A stretch of 41,562 nt of DNA, taken from positions 1 to 41,562 of IMG/VR virus record IMGVR_UViG_3300027772_000058. One strand, written 5' to 3'. The position numbers and the translations under genes are program-made. This DNA comes from a virus. Lineage: Duplodnaviria > Caudoviricetes. The notes beneath the pieces were generated by a model. The model searched no databases and was not told the DNA's origin. It saw only the letters and a list, made by a program, of their open reading frames with translations. This document shows, piece after piece, positions 18,482 through 28,860 of the stretch (positions are counted from its first letter, which is position 1; each line of letters opens with the position of its first letter).

Positions 18482-20316
18482 TATGAACGACTAGGAGTAA
18501 ATGTGTAGTTATATCCACCACGCAAATCACCAGAAGCAGTTGGGTCTGGAAGCGCAGTTACTTTTAAGTGATCTTTGGCAATTTGAGCAATTTGAGTCAA
18601 CGCTGATACCACGTCATTTGATAATGGGCGAATAGAAATTTCTAAATCAATATCAGCAAGAGCAGTAATATGTAAGTTCTTAATGTCAACAACACCTTTG
18701 GCGTAATCAATATTACCAATCGTTGGGTTTACAACAATCTTAATACCATTGGCACCAAATCTAAACAAACGAACATGAGCAACGCCATCATCATCAAGAT
18801 AATGTAATTCGTCGCTGCCTGCCACGTAGAACCCAGTACTTCTAAATGATTCTTCTGCTTGACCAGAACTCCAGATTGGGTTAATCATATTCAATATGTA
18901 TTGAGCAGAAGTATTGTATCGAACATTTAATTCTCTGCGTAACAATACAGTTGTAATGTTATTTGTTATCGCTTGATCAGAGTTATCAATTAACTTACTT
19001 AGTTTGGAATATCTAAATACGCCATCAAATCGACTCAAGTCATTTGCATTATACGCATTGATAGTATTGGTAACGCCAGCTGCGATTTCTGATGCTGTCT
19101 TAGCAGTAGCTTGTTCATTATAGTAAACTGTAACATCTAATGCAATATTGATGAATTCTGGATCAACAATAATAGGCTGAACCGAAACTACATTTCGTTG
19201 ATCCAGAATTGTTGCAATTAACGCTGATTTTTGAGTTGTTGTTAACTTATCCGCATCCTTTGGTTTTATGCAGATATAAACCTTACCATATACTGGAGGA
19301 TTATTATCCTCGCCACCCCAACAAGTCACTGACGCAGCATCAGAGAATTGTGAGTATACAATTGCTTTATAATCGTCTGGGGTAACTGCTCTGTTTTGAG
19401 AAGCGTACATTCTTGGAGCATTGAAACGAATGCTATCGATATCTTCTGCTGCTGCTCCATTAGCAGCAATACCAGTTGTTGTAATAGAGATTGCTGCACC
19501 AGAAATTAAAGTCCCGCCACCATATGTAAATTGACGTGCTTTATTTGGAGCATCTAAACTAGAGACAAAATAATTTAAGTGAACAATATTACCTGTATCT
19601 AATTCAACACCAAGATTACCATCACCGAATGTTAATTCGTATAAACCTTCGTCAATCTCTTTAACGTAAAAACATTTTGTTGCAGAATCAATACCAATTA
19701 AGGTTTCAGCTTTGGTAAATGTAGTATACACTGATGATGAAGCAGAATCTTGAATTCTTACTGTTAGAGTATTTAAATCAATTGCTGAGTTTGGAATAAT
19801 ATAACGTGTATTAGTTCCAACAGTAATATTAAATGTCAGTGGAGTGCCTTCAGTAATTACCAAATTACTAAAAGTAAATATACCAGTTGAACTTGTAGCT
19901 ACAACTGAACCAGTAGTATAGAATGTGTAAGACGCACCATCAATTGTAGTAGTGAAGGGAGTATAGGCTGGTAGAGTTAAAGTAGTTGCACCAGATCCAG
20001 GAGCAGAAACCGTAAGAGTAATTGTTGCTTTGGCGCAAGTAGCAGATCTTGGTGAGTAACCAAGCATCTTAGAAATAGAAACTACACTGTTACGTTTTCT
20101 TGCCGAATCAAGAAACATCTCATTGATAGCAAGATTATTGTAAAGAGCATTATAGTGAGTATTGTAAGCCAGAACGTCCAACATAACAGCCATAGCAGAA
20201 CCTTCAAAATCGTAATCTTGAAATTCTGTTTGCCCACTTAGGAATGTTTTTAAATTCTTTTTAATGTCATCAAAATCTAGTGCTGTAACATTAATCTTTT
20301 TATTTGAAGTTGCCAT
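18481..20316 (-). CDS. gp6: Baseplate wedge subunit gp6
   Basis: LDFDDIKKNLKTFLSGQTEFQDYDFEGS...LAYNTHYNA, FLDSA, FGDG, SQNRAVTPDDY. Confidence 0.93.
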   Translation of the reverse strand: MATSNKKINVTALDFDDIKKNLKTFLSGQTEFQDYDFEGSAMAVMLDVLAYNTHYNALYNNLAINEMFLDSARKRNSVVSISKMLGYSPRSATCAKATITLTVSAPGSGATTLTLPAYTPFTTTIDGASYTFYTTGSVVATSSTGIFTFSNLVITEGTPLTFNITVGTNTRYIIPNSAIDLNTLTVRIQDSASSSVYTTFTKAETLIGIDSATKCFYVKEIDEGLYELTFGDGNLGVELDTGNIVHLNYFVSSLDAPNKARQFTYGGGTLISGAAISITTTGIAANGAAAEDIDSIRFNAPRMYASQNRAVTPDDYKAIVYSQFSDAASVTCWGGEDNNPPVYGKVYICIKPKDADKLTTTQKSALIATILDQRNVVSVQPIIVDPEFINIALDVTVYYNEQATAKTASEIAAGVTNTINAYNANDLSRFDGVFRYSKLSKLIDNSDQAITNNITTVLLRRELNVRYNTSAQYILNMINPIWSSGQAEESFRSTGFYVAGSDELHYLDDDGVAHVRLFRFGANGIKIVVNPTIGNIDYAKGVVDIKNLHITALADIDLEISIRPLSNDVVSALTQIAQIAKDHLKVTALPDPTASGDLRGGYNYTFTPSRS

Positions 20317-20709
20317 TTATCGTGTTCTCTGTAGCGTTAAATCTAGCGTGATTGGAGCAGTCGTATTTAATATTGTAAATTCAATAGTAACATTAATAGT
20401 CTGATCATCTGAAGCTACGACGCAAATTATATCAATGATGTTAACTCTTGGTTCAAACGAAGTAATAACATCCTGTATTGTTCTTTTTAACATAGCACCA
20501 AGCATTGGAGATGCTGGCTCAAATAGAAGTTTTCTAATTGGGCTACCGATCTCGCTATGAAATGGTCGCTCGTAATTACCAGTTAGAATCAAATTCTTAA
20601 GAGCATTCTTTACAGCATCCTCATCAAAACGACGAGTAACATCCATCGTCACGGGATTTTTCGTGAAATTTAGATCTAAATCCGAGAATGTTCTTGTATT
20701 GTTTGCCAT
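20317..20709 (-). CDS. gp25: Baseplate wedge subunit gp25
   Basis: FSDLDLNF, DEDAVKNALKNLILTGNYERPFHSEIGS, FEPRV. Confidence 0.93.
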   Translation of the reverse strand: MANNTRTFSDLDLNFTKNPVTMDVTRRFDEDAVKNALKNLILTGNYERPFHSEIGSPIRKLLFEPASPMLGAMLKRTIQDVITSFEPRVNIIDIICVVASDDQTINVTIEFTILNTTAPITLDLTLQRTR

Positions 20710-20714
20710 ATTCT

Positions 20715-20721
20715 TATTTAG
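20715..20721 (-). promoter_or_regulatory. Late promoter CTAAATA 5 nt before the gp25 ATG
   Basis: - strand CCTAAATAAGAATATG. Confidence 0.6.
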
Positions 20722-20723
20722 GT

Positions 20724-21026
20724 TTATTCTATGAAGGAATTTACAGAACCTTGAGCAATTGCGTCACCACATTGAATACTATCTCCAATTCTAGCTGCTT
20801 TTTTACCCTCAATATAAGTCTTGCTTGCTCCACTACTAGGGATACGAATATCAGAATTATGTGTAGTTATCCCACAAGAATGCGCTGCAAATTTACAATT
20901 AGAATCTACAACCCCAGCTAATTTCCCATTAAAATAAGTCTTGGCCACTGGGGTAGTAATTAATGCAGTAGGCGCAAAACACCCATGCCCAGTACTATTA
21001 TCAGTAATTCTTGCTACAGCTGGCAT
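20724..21026 (-). CDS. PAAR-type spike tip protein (gp5.4-like)
   Basis: MPAVARITD..TGHGCFAP, HSC...H, GKKAARIGDSIQCGDAIAQGS. Confidence 0.9.
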   Translation of the reverse strand: MPAVARITDNSTGHGCFAPTALITTPVAKTYFNGKLAGVVDSNCKFAAHSCGITTHNSDIRIPSSGASKTYIEGKKAARIGDSIQCGDAIAQGSVNSFIE

Positions 21027-21493
21027 TATCTTCCGATCCTAGTTTGAGCGATAGCATTTATTAAAGCAGATTTACCTGTATCCCAGTTAAAAGTAGAAAC
21101 GACAGTATAAGTCTGCTGCACATCTGGTCCAATATCATTATTATCTTTAGCTGTTACGGTATAACTGTAAGTTACAGTTTGTACAGTGGGTGCGGTGAAA
21201 GAACATATTTCATATGAATTTGTTATATCATTAAAATTAGTAACTGTATTATATGTTTTATTTTTAGTCAAATATGTAATACTACTTCCACCATGAGGTT
21301 CCGCATCGTATTGTCCAGAAATACTATTAATATTAACAGTTAGTAGAGCATTAGTTTTATCTGCAACAATTCCTGTAACTGTATAATCTGTTAGTGGATC
21401 TGGATCAACATAAGAAAATGTTTGTGAATAGTTAGTATAAACAGGTAACTCATCCACAATTTTTAAAGAAGTATTAGAAGGTGTCCACGCCAT
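21026..21493 (-). CDS. Hypothetical protein (gp5.1-like position)
   Basis: 155-aa ORF between gp5 and the PAAR gene. Confidence 0.6.
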   Translation of the reverse strand: MAWTPSNTSLKIVDELPVYTNYSQTFSYVDPDPLTDYTVTGIVADKTNALLTVNINSISGQYDAEPHGGSSITYLTKNKTYNTVTNFNDITNSYEICSFTAPTVQTVTYSYTVTAKDNNDIGPDVQQTYTVVSTFNWDTGKSALINAIAQTRIGR

Positions 21494-21494
21494 A

Positions 21495-24400
21495 TTATCC
21501 TTTCACCACTGCTGCTGGAGGAGTAATAGAATCAACTAAAACGAATCCACCTTTAGGATAAGTCCCAGCATAAGATTTATCATTAAGCATAGTGAATGCT
21601 TGTTTACGTTGAGAAGTTCCATAACCCATATGAATCCAAATTTGATCCTGATAACGATACTCTAAAATTATTTGATCGTATGGTAAAATCTTTTCTAGTT
21701 TACCAGCGAGTTCATGAGTTTTTCTTAATCTATCTGGAAGTAATAACGCTATATCAATAGCAAAACCTTTGCAGTGAGATGAATTTGGTGATTCAGTTTT
21801 AATAACACCCTTCAAACGATATCCTGATGTAATCTTCCATTGTTTGTTTCTTCCGCCAATACCACCTGGAAGAACTTCTAATGCTGGCTCAAGAATATTT
21901 TGACAAGTCTGAGCAAGGTTACATACAATTTCTTGAACAGTATATAATCTTATTTTGCCATCTGCGCCTTTCAATTGCTGATCAACTAATTTATGTTTAC
22001 CATTTAAACCACCATCCATTAACATACCTAATGTAAAATTCTTTGACATTCTGTAGTCATCGGTAAAGTTAGTAGTGGCGTAAATAATCTTACAATCAGC
22101 TGGAACTACTACGGTTGAATTACCAGCAGCTGGCACAGGAGGTTCTGCTGCAACAGCTACTGGTGGATTAGCTACACCACTGTCTCTTGATTGTTTAGCA
22201 GACTCTGCCCTACCCTCAGGTGTTGAATAATCTTCAGGTGTTTCAGCAGCAGCACCATCAGCTACTCTACGATCTGGTGGAATTAATTGTGGTACTGTTG
22301 GATTCAATGGATCTCCTACAGGTGGTGGTGGTAAATTAAAGTCAGCTACATCTTGCGCACCTGAAGCACCATTACCAAACTGTCCTTCAGCATAATCAGC
22401 ATTTAATGTACCACCAGCAAGGATATTCATATCTGATGCGGATTCAATCTGAACTGATTCTGATTTAATACTTGTACTAACCCCTGCTTGAAATAATAAA
22501 TTATTTGCAGATTTAAATGTGATATTATCGGCAGCAATATCTAATTCACCAACTGCTTTTAACTGCATATTCCCACCAACTGCAAGAGTAACATCATTTG
22601 CTGCGCCAATATCTAAATTATTACCAACTTGGATAACCGCATTTTGAGAAACTTCAATATTAGCATCAGTGCGACAAAAGATGTTAACATTGCCATCTAC
22701 TGTTAAATTACACTCACCACCAATTGAAATAAATCCATTACGTTCAGTAATCGTAAAGTTATCACCAACAATATAGTTAGTCTGGGTACCCATTGGATCT
22801 ACTTCATGATATGTTCCCGCTCTATGGTATGTATGCAGACGTTCATATCCAGGTGTATCATCAAACTCTTGAATATGACCAGCTTCGGATTCATAAACTT
22901 TGTTGTACGGATATTGCGCACCATATGAAGGTAAGTTTTGATCCCAAGAACCTTGACCAATTGCTTTTGGAACACCTTTACGTATTGAAGCGTCTTTCCT
23001 CTCAACAATTGTTCCTTCAATTAAACCACGAGCCAAACGATTAGTGTCTGGTTCATTAATATAATCTTTTAGTGGGTATTTATTATTTGGATCTCTAAAA
23101 CCAGTATTGTCAGTTCCATTTGCAATTGACGCTTCAGATGGTCCAGGTGTTGGATTACCACCATCTTTTGGTGGTTCAACTGAAGGTGGATTAGCATCTT
23201 TTTCTACTGCACCGCCAGCGATCGTACCATAGAAATACTCATAGTATTTTAATTTTCTTGCTGCAATGTCTGGTGAGTTAACACCAACTGCTTTTTTTGC
23301 TGCAAGAAAAAAGTCAGGATGTGCATTTGGTTTAACACCCTTTGGTACTCTGTCTTTAATATAGAGAGCAGCAACCAATGCTGATACATTAATATCAGCA
23401 TCAAGTGAATCTGGATTATTAACAATATCAATATTCAAACCAGCAGCATTGGCCAGTTTCTGGTAACGTGCATAATTACCTTTACCAGTCAACTGAATAA
23501 ATCCACGACCGAAATACTTACCACCATCAGCATCTGTTTGATTACCCAAAAAGTTTTTACCACGCTGAGACGGACCATATACCCAACTAAAGAATTCTTG
23601 TCTGCTAACACCTTTCTTAGAAGCCTCAGAAAATTTAGCTGCAGTTTCTTCAGTTGTAAACGAATAGATTTGTTTTAAACGTGCTGCACTATAATTATAA
23701 CCTTCTAGCTGAGGAATCCAACCAGACTCACCACCAGCAATACCAAGTAACGCACATTTCTGCTCTTTGGTAGTCAATCCAACTTTGTCACACGCAGCAA
23801 TAAGTGCTTTAATACCATCAGATGCTTTACTTGCATTTGATGAAGACTTTGGTGGCGGAACAGTTGGAATAGAAGTGTTTGTTGCATTTGATGCAGGTGC
23901 GGCAGGAGTAGTTGCGCTTGGAGCAGCAGGTGTAGTCTGAACAGGAGTTCCATCACCACTAAGTACTGGATTGCCACTACTGTCAGTTAATACTGTTGAC
24001 GCTTTACTTTGATTTACTGCAGCTACGTTTGTGGCAGCTGCTTTGAAAGTAATAATATTTTCGCCATAACCAGTAACTTCTTCGCTAATGGTTATTTGAG
24101 TTGCTGAATCTATAGAAACAATAGTACAATTATTAGAAAGACCAAACCCAAGGACTTTCATGTTAGCAGCTAATCCACTTGTAAGATTAGTTCTGTTTGT
24201 TTCTTTATCAATAAAGGTTAGTTGTTTACCAGTAACTGGACCTTGAATAGTTCGAAGAATAATATCTTTAATAGCATATGACTGAATAGCAGTTGCGCTA
24301 TCATCATCAGCAACTGGTTGTGGTGCTTGAGGAATACCACCAACAGTACCAAGCATAACTGGTTGCTGCATATCTGGATCAGCAAACATAATAATAACAG

Positions 24401-24602
24401 TAGTACCTTCAACTGGACCAACTGGAGTATAACCAATACCATTCATAGCAGCAGAACCAATCGGCTGAACTGGAGTTGCCCATGGTAATTGCTGAGTTGG
24501 TAGTTGTGTTTTATCGTGAGTATGTAACCCTACAATACGAACCTGACAACGACCAAGTTCTAATGGGTCTGAACGACTTTCAACTACACCTGTATAAAAC
24601 AT
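21495..24602 (-). CDS. gp5: Central spike gp5 with GH19 lysozyme-like and C-terminal peptidase M15 domains
   Basis: OB-fold start GVVESRSDPLELGRCQVRIVGLH; GH19 ESG...GGKYFGRGFIQLTGKGNY; YPYNKVYESEAGHIQEFDDTPGYERLHTYHRAGT; beta-helix repeats; ITSGYR...SSHCKGFAIDI...WIH. Confidence 0.92.
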   Translation of the reverse strand: MFYTGVVESRSDPLELGRCQVRIVGLHTHDKTQLPTQQLPWATPVQPIGSAAMNGIGYTPVGPVEGTTVIIMFADPDMQQPVMLGTVGGIPQAPQPVADDDSATAIQSYAIKDIILRTIQGPVTGKQLTFIDKETNRTNLTSGLAANMKVLGFGLSNNCTIVSIDSATQITISEEVTGYGENIITFKAAATNVAAVNQSKASTVLTDSSGNPVLSGDGTPVQTTPAAPSATTPAAPASNATNTSIPTVPPPKSSSNASKASDGIKALIAACDKVGLTTKEQKCALLGIAGGESGWIPQLEGYNYSAARLKQIYSFTTEETAAKFSEASKKGVSRQEFFSWVYGPSQRGKNFLGNQTDADGGKYFGRGFIQLTGKGNYARYQKLANAAGLNIDIVNNPDSLDADINVSALVAALYIKDRVPKGVKPNAHPDFFLAAKKAVGVNSPDIAARKLKYYEYFYGTIAGGAVEKDANPPSVEPPKDGGNPTPGPSEASIANGTDNTGFRDPNNKYPLKDYINEPDTNRLARGLIEGTIVERKDASIRKGVPKAIGQGSWDQNLPSYGAQYPYNKVYESEAGHIQEFDDTPGYERLHTYHRAGTYHEVDPMGTQTNYIVGDNFTITERNGFISIGGECNLTVDGNVNIFCRTDANIEVSQNAVIQVGNNLDIGAANDVTLAVGGNMQLKAVGELDIAADNITFKSANNLLFQAGVSTSIKSESVQIESASDMNILAGGTLNADYAEGQFGNGASGAQDVADFNLPPPPVGDPLNPTVPQLIPPDRRVADGAAAETPEDYSTPEGRAESAKQSRDSGVANPPVAVAAEPPVPAAGNSTVVVPADCKIIYATTNFTDDYRMSKNFTLGMLMDGGLNGKHKLVDQQLKGADGKIRLYTVQEIVCNLAQTCQNILEPALEVLPGGIGGRNKQWKITSGYRLKGVIKTESPNSSHCKGFAIDIALLLPDRLRKTHELAGKLEKILPYDQIILEYRYQDQIWIHMGYGTSQRKQAFTMLNDKSYAGTYPKGGFVLVDSITPPAAVVKG

Positions 24603-25891
24603 TATTTCTTCCCATCAATATTTAATTGTAAACTATCTTTAATTAATTCCATATGACATTCATGTCTTTCTCTAGTCACATAATGGTTAATTGCAGATAT
24701 AATATAAAAACCAGAAAACATCTTATCAACTATATCTTGATTATCATCTTCTTTGCTTACTGGTTGAATCTTGTTTAGAGTAACAGAAACTTTCTGACCA
24801 ACTGTGTAATCAGATCTTCCTGGGACAGTAATCTCAATCTTGCTGGCTTCTGCCAAGTTCATTAAAGAAATTCGTTCTTGAGCATATTTGTAATTAGTGG
24901 CATCATCGAATCCACTGAAGTTAGCGTTATGTCTTGGATAATTTAGTATCAGAGAATTGGCTCTGAAGATAGCGTTATCACCAATTAATTTATTCTTATT
25001 CAAGTGATTTAGTTTTTCGTATTTATCTCTTATGTTATAATTTCTAGAATTGTATATTTTTCTATTCAAATCATAAGAAATTAATTTAGAAGAATACATA
25101 CCACCACGAATCTTACTCATATAGTCGTATCCAACAGGAATTGTGATTTCATCTATTCTTCTAAAATCTTCTTCTACGTTTCTAGCATCGCCACCATTTG
25201 GTAGTGAATCTCTAGTGTAGCCGTCTTTAGTAAACGACTGATATAAACCATTAGCATAAAGAGTATCTAGTGATATAAAGTAAAACCCAAATCGGTTTTC
25301 AAAGAACACATAGTTTGGAGCATCGTTTTTATTTACTGCGCTATCAGTAACCCAGTTAATACACTTAGATGGCGACCAAAAATTTGATATGAATTTAATT
25401 TGTTTGTCTGTTGGCTCAACAAATATTTCTTTCTTAGTCTGCAAACCATTTACGTTATCAGTAAGTAGAGATTTAATAATTTCTTCTGGTGTACCAGAAT
25501 ATACTTTGCTAATCTTTTTGTTTAAGTCAATAATCGCTTCGGGTGATATAAAATGCAAAACATATGCAACCAGTTTATCACCAAGTAATACTCTATCAGT
25601 CATCTTATAGATGTAGAATATACCACGTATGTTTTTATTTTCGTCTAGAGTTGGGGTTACAATCTCAATCTCAACCATCTCTTCACCAACGAATGGAAAA
25701 AGATTTACCAAGTCAAAGGACTCTCTTACTGTTAGTGAACCAGATATAAATGGTGAGAATATATCTTCATGAACTGCAATAGCGATTACCTGAGCGGCAA
25801 TATCCTGCCTCAATCCACCACTAGTAAATATGTCGCATTTCTCAATACTAACATCACCAGCAAATCTTAATTCTTTATCTACTGATTGCAT
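24602..25891 (-). CDS. Baseplate hub / tail protein (gp27-like)
   Basis: VHEDIFSPFISGSL, FPFVGEE, YVFFENRFGFYFISLDTL, ITVPGRSDYTVG, FSGFYIISAINH; lies between gp53 and gp5. Confidence 0.65.
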   Translation of the reverse strand: MQSVDKELRFAGDVSIEKCDIFTSGGLRQDIAAQVIAIAVHEDIFSPFISGSLTVRESFDLVNLFPFVGEEMVEIEIVTPTLDENKNIRGIFYIYKMTDRVLLGDKLVAYVLHFISPEAIIDLNKKISKVYSGTPEEIIKSLLTDNVNGLQTKKEIFVEPTDKQIKFISNFWSPSKCINWVTDSAVNKNDAPNYVFFENRFGFYFISLDTLYANGLYQSFTKDGYTRDSLPNGGDARNVEEDFRRIDEITIPVGYDYMSKIRGGMYSSKLISYDLNRKIYNSRNYNIRDKYEKLNHLNKNKLIGDNAIFRANSLILNYPRHNANFSGFDDATNYKYAQERISLMNLAEASKIEITVPGRSDYTVGQKVSVTLNKIQPVSKEDDNQDIVDKMFSGFYIISAINHYVTRERHECHMELIKDSLQLNIDGKK

Positions 25892-26658
25892 TAGATTTCA
25901 TCTTTAAAGTTTTTAAGAATCGTTGATAACAACTGTGCTGATATAATCTTAATTCTACGCTTAGATTCATTTACTTGCGCTTCATAATTTGCATTAGTAA
26001 TTGGAACAGCAGAAGGGTAGTCTGAAGGAACAGTCATTCCTTTAGCATTCTCATAGTGATTTATAGAATTTGCAGTAGAACCATATTTGTCAATAATATA
26101 TTGATCAAGTGCTGCTTGAGTCAATGGCCAGTCGCCAAGATAATCATATCGTTCATTGACAAGCATAACAACCCAGTGATATTGAGCATTACCATAAATC
26201 TTTTCGGCAACTATTTCTGGAGTTTCTCCTTCAACAACATCATAGAAATCATATACCGTAATATTAGCAAGAATGTCTCTGCGAAATCTAATATTTCGTG
26301 TTATATCAGTAAGGATTAGTGCTTTGGTTTGCGTTTCTAAAGTAGTATATGGTGTTGAGATAGTTACAGTTGGAGTTGATGTATAACCTGCGCCACCAAT
26401 GGTCATGACAATTTCTGTTATGGAACCATTATTAACAATAGCAAATCCTTGAGCAGCTGACTGGCTACCTTGATATATTTGATCTGGAGCGGAGAAAATT
26501 ATATCTGCCGAAACATAACCTGTCCCGCCATCATCAATACGAACACCAGTAATTGCTCCGCCACCAATAAACGCTGTAGCTTTTGCTTGAGTTCCAGATC
26601 CTGAGACTTTAGTAATATCAAAGTCATAAAGCATCTTTGGGAAATTTTTAAAATACAT
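25891..26658 (-). CDS. gp53: Baseplate wedge subunit gp53 with inserted GxGY repeat
   Basis: MYFKNFPKMLYDF, GETPEIVAEKIYGNAQYHWVVMLVN...WPL, NESKRRIKII. Confidence 0.88.
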   Translation of the reverse strand: MYFKNFPKMLYDFDITKVSGSGTQAKATAFIGGGAITGVRIDDGGTGYVSADIIFSAPDQIYQGSQSAAQGFAIVNNGSITEIVMTIGGAGYTSTPTVTISTPYTTLETQTKALILTDITRNIRFRRDILANITVYDFYDVVEGETPEIVAEKIYGNAQYHWVVMLVNERYDYLGDWPLTQAALDQYIIDKYGSTANSINHYENAKGMTVPSDYPSAVPITNANYEAQVNESKRRIKIISAQLLSTILKNFKDEI

Positions 26659-27758
26659 TATAGACCATCCTTAACTTTATCTTTAGTCAATAGAGCCAAT
26701 TCACGGAATGATAAAGTAATATCAATTTGAGTTGGCGAACCATCAGGGAATGTACTGAACATGCCGTTTGGTGTATAATTGATTGACATATCAGTGAGAA
26801 CGCAAGAAGTGTGGCGATGCAAGTTTAGATTTTCTTCGCCATCTTGATAATAGAAGATATCAAATTCAGATGGATAGATATAAACGAAATTATTGTTATC
26901 CTTGAATTCAGGATGCATGTGGTATTTAAACTGAGCAATAATGTTACGTATGTTTTGTGCTTCATTCCAGTTTCTTGGGAAGAACTTATAATCAAAACTA
27001 AATGTTCTGAAGTTGACACCTTTAAATACTTGTTCTTTCTTTGGGTTTGCTGCTAATCCAGTAGCAACAGAATTTGCTCCTTGGTTTGGACCATTCGCAA
27101 GAGCAATATTAGTAAGAATAGCTGCACCGACACCACTTACGTCAGTATTTTTACCACCAGTGCTAATTGCTTTTGCTACTTCGTAACCTCCAGCTGCAGC
27201 CATGGCCAGTGCACCAGTATCTTCTTCACTCCAAGACATGCTGTAATTAACTGAAAGATTGTTTGGAATATGTAAAGCGATAGCAGTCTTCAATCGTTTC
27301 TGTGAACGAGACCCCTGCGAGCCAACAATTGCGCCAGTAGCTGCGCCGACGATACCGCCAGTAGCTGCACCAGCTGCCGCACCCTTTACATCACCAGTTA
27401 ATAATCCACCAGCGATAGCACCAGTAATAACTCCTGCTGTAGCATTTGCTGCTGTTAATTGAGTAGCACTTAATCCTTGACCAACTAAATCACCCCTGTC
27501 ATTTGCAGTAAAATCAGCGACTGTTTGAACTCCATCTTCTTTTAATAATTTGGATTCACTAGATACGTTGATATAAAATATAGCATAATTACCACCATAT
27601 GTACCACGATTATCATACAAATCAGATGGATATGAGTAGTTGCTTATATCATATTTACCCTTCTCAAATTGTGACGATTCCCCTCTTGGCGTATAAAGGT
27701 TTGGTTTTGGAGTAGTAGAAGCTGGTGCTGCTTGCGTTGCTGGTGTGGTATCTGCCAT
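26658..27758 (-). CDS. gp48: Baseplate tail-tube cap gp48
   Basis: IALHIPN, ANPKKEQVFKGVNFRTFSFDYKFFPRN, YPSEFDI, CVLTDMSINYTPNG, LSFREL. Confidence 0.85.
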   Translation of the reverse strand: MADTTPATQAAPASTTPKPNLYTPRGESSQFEKGKYDISNYSYPSDLYDNRGTYGGNYAIFYINVSSESKLLKEDGVQTVADFTANDRGDLVGQGLSATQLTAANATAGVITGAIAGGLLTGDVKGAAAGAATGGIVGAATGAIVGSQGSRSQKRLKTAIALHIPNNLSVNYSMSWSEEDTGALAMAAAGGYEVAKAISTGGKNTDVSGVGAAILTNIALANGPNQGANSVATGLAANPKKEQVFKGVNFRTFSFDYKFFPRNWNEAQNIRNIIAQFKYHMHPEFKDNNNFVYIYPSEFDIFYYQDGEENLNLHRHTSCVLTDMSINYTPNGMFSTFPDGSPTQIDITLSFRELALLTKDKVKDGL

Positions 27759-27767
27759 TTAATTTCT

Positions 27768-27807
27768 CTAAATAGTGGGTTATTGGCTATTCTATTACTT
27801 ATTTATG
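27768..27807. promoter_or_regulatory. Face-to-face late promoters for divergent gp4 and gp48
   Basis: + CTAAATA at 27768-27774; - CATAAATA at 27807-27800, overlapping the gp4 ATG. Confidence 0.6.
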
Positions 27808-28248
27808 TTCCATAAAAGATTGTTCAAACCTTTATATCCAGAAAAATATACTGGAGATCCAACCAACATTATCATGCGATCTAGTTGGGAGACTCGTTTT
27901 GCATCTTGGTGTGACAAGAATCCAAGCATTATAAAGTGGCAATCGGAAGAAACGATAGTACCTTATCGTTGCCCAACCGACAATAAAATTCATCGTTATT
28001 TCGTAGACTTTCAGATCCAAGTTCAACAGAAAGATGGATCATTAAAGCGATATCTAGTTGAAGTAAAACCAGCTAAACAATGTGTTCCGCCAGAATATCC
28101 TGGACGTCAAACCAAGAGATATATTACTGAGTCTATGACTTATATCAAAAACCAAGCCAAGTGGAAAGCAGCGACCGAATACTGCAAAGATCGTGGCTGG
28201 GAATTTAAAATCATAACAGAAAAAGAACTTGGGTTGGTTTTGACCTAA
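27805..28248 (+). CDS. gp4: Head completion nuclease gp4
   Basis: PEKYTGDPTNIIMRSSWETRFASWCD, WQSEE, HRYFVDF, LVEVKP, NQAKWKAA, ITEKEL. Start moved to the ATG at 27805. Confidence 0.92.
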   Translation: MFHKRLFKPLYPEKYTGDPTNIIMRSSWETRFASWCDKNPSIIKWQSEETIVPYRCPTDNKIHRYFVDFQIQVQQKDGSLKRYLVEVKPAKQCVPPEYPGRQTKRYITESMTYIKNQAKWKAATEYCKDRGWEFKIITEKELGLVLT

Positions 28249-28251
28249 ATA
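28245..28251 (+). promoter_or_regulatory. Late promoter CTAAATA 6 nt before the gp2 ATG
   Basis: CCTAAATAAAGAATATG. Confidence 0.6.
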
Positions 28252-28257
28252 AAGAAT

Positions 28258-28860
28258 ATGGCTATTAAGAAACCAATTCAAGACGTTTTCGACCAAAACA
28301 AATTTGACCTTACCAATGCGGTAAAGAGATCTAGAGGTTGGTTCGAAAAGCAAGTCGCTGCTATGGCGCAGCAAAACATCACTCCAAATAAAGTGTTGAA
28401 GGGTGAGCCGAGCCACCTAAGATCTGCTATCGTTCCTGGAAACTTATATATGTATGTATATGATCCAAAAACAAAAGACGATCTACCATATTATGACAGA
28501 TTTCCATTAGTGTTTCCTTTTAGAAAAACTCAAGACGGATTCTATGGTTTAAATATGCACTATCTACCATACCACCTAAGAATTAACTTACTGGACCAGT
28601 TGCTAGTATTTAAGAACAATAGTCGTATGGATGAAACAACAAGAATCAAATACAGCTGGGCATTGATTGATGGAGTTTCTCGTTTTGCTCCTGCCAAGCC
28701 CTGCGTAAAACAATATTTATCTGGTCATGTAAGAAGCCAATTTAGACAAATCTATTCAGAAGACTGGGCAACTGCTATGTTATTACCTGTTGAAAGATTT
28801 GTTGGCGCATCCAAACAACAAGTCTGGGCAGATTCCAGAAAAATTATAAGAAGAGCATAA
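28258..28860 (+). CDS. gp2: DNA end protector gp2
   Basis: YDPKTKDDLPYYDRFPLV, GFYGLNMHYLP, CVKQYL, LPVERF. Confidence 0.92.
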   Translation: MAIKKPIQDVFDQNKFDLTNAVKRSRGWFEKQVAAMAQQNITPNKVLKGEPSHLRSAIVPGNLYMYVYDPKTKDDLPYYDRFPLVFPFRKTQDGFYGLNMHYLPYHLRINLLDQLLVFKNNSRMDETTRIKYSWALIDGVSRFAPAKPCVKQYLSGHVRSQFRQIYSEDWATAMLLPVERFVGASKQQVWADSRKIIRRA

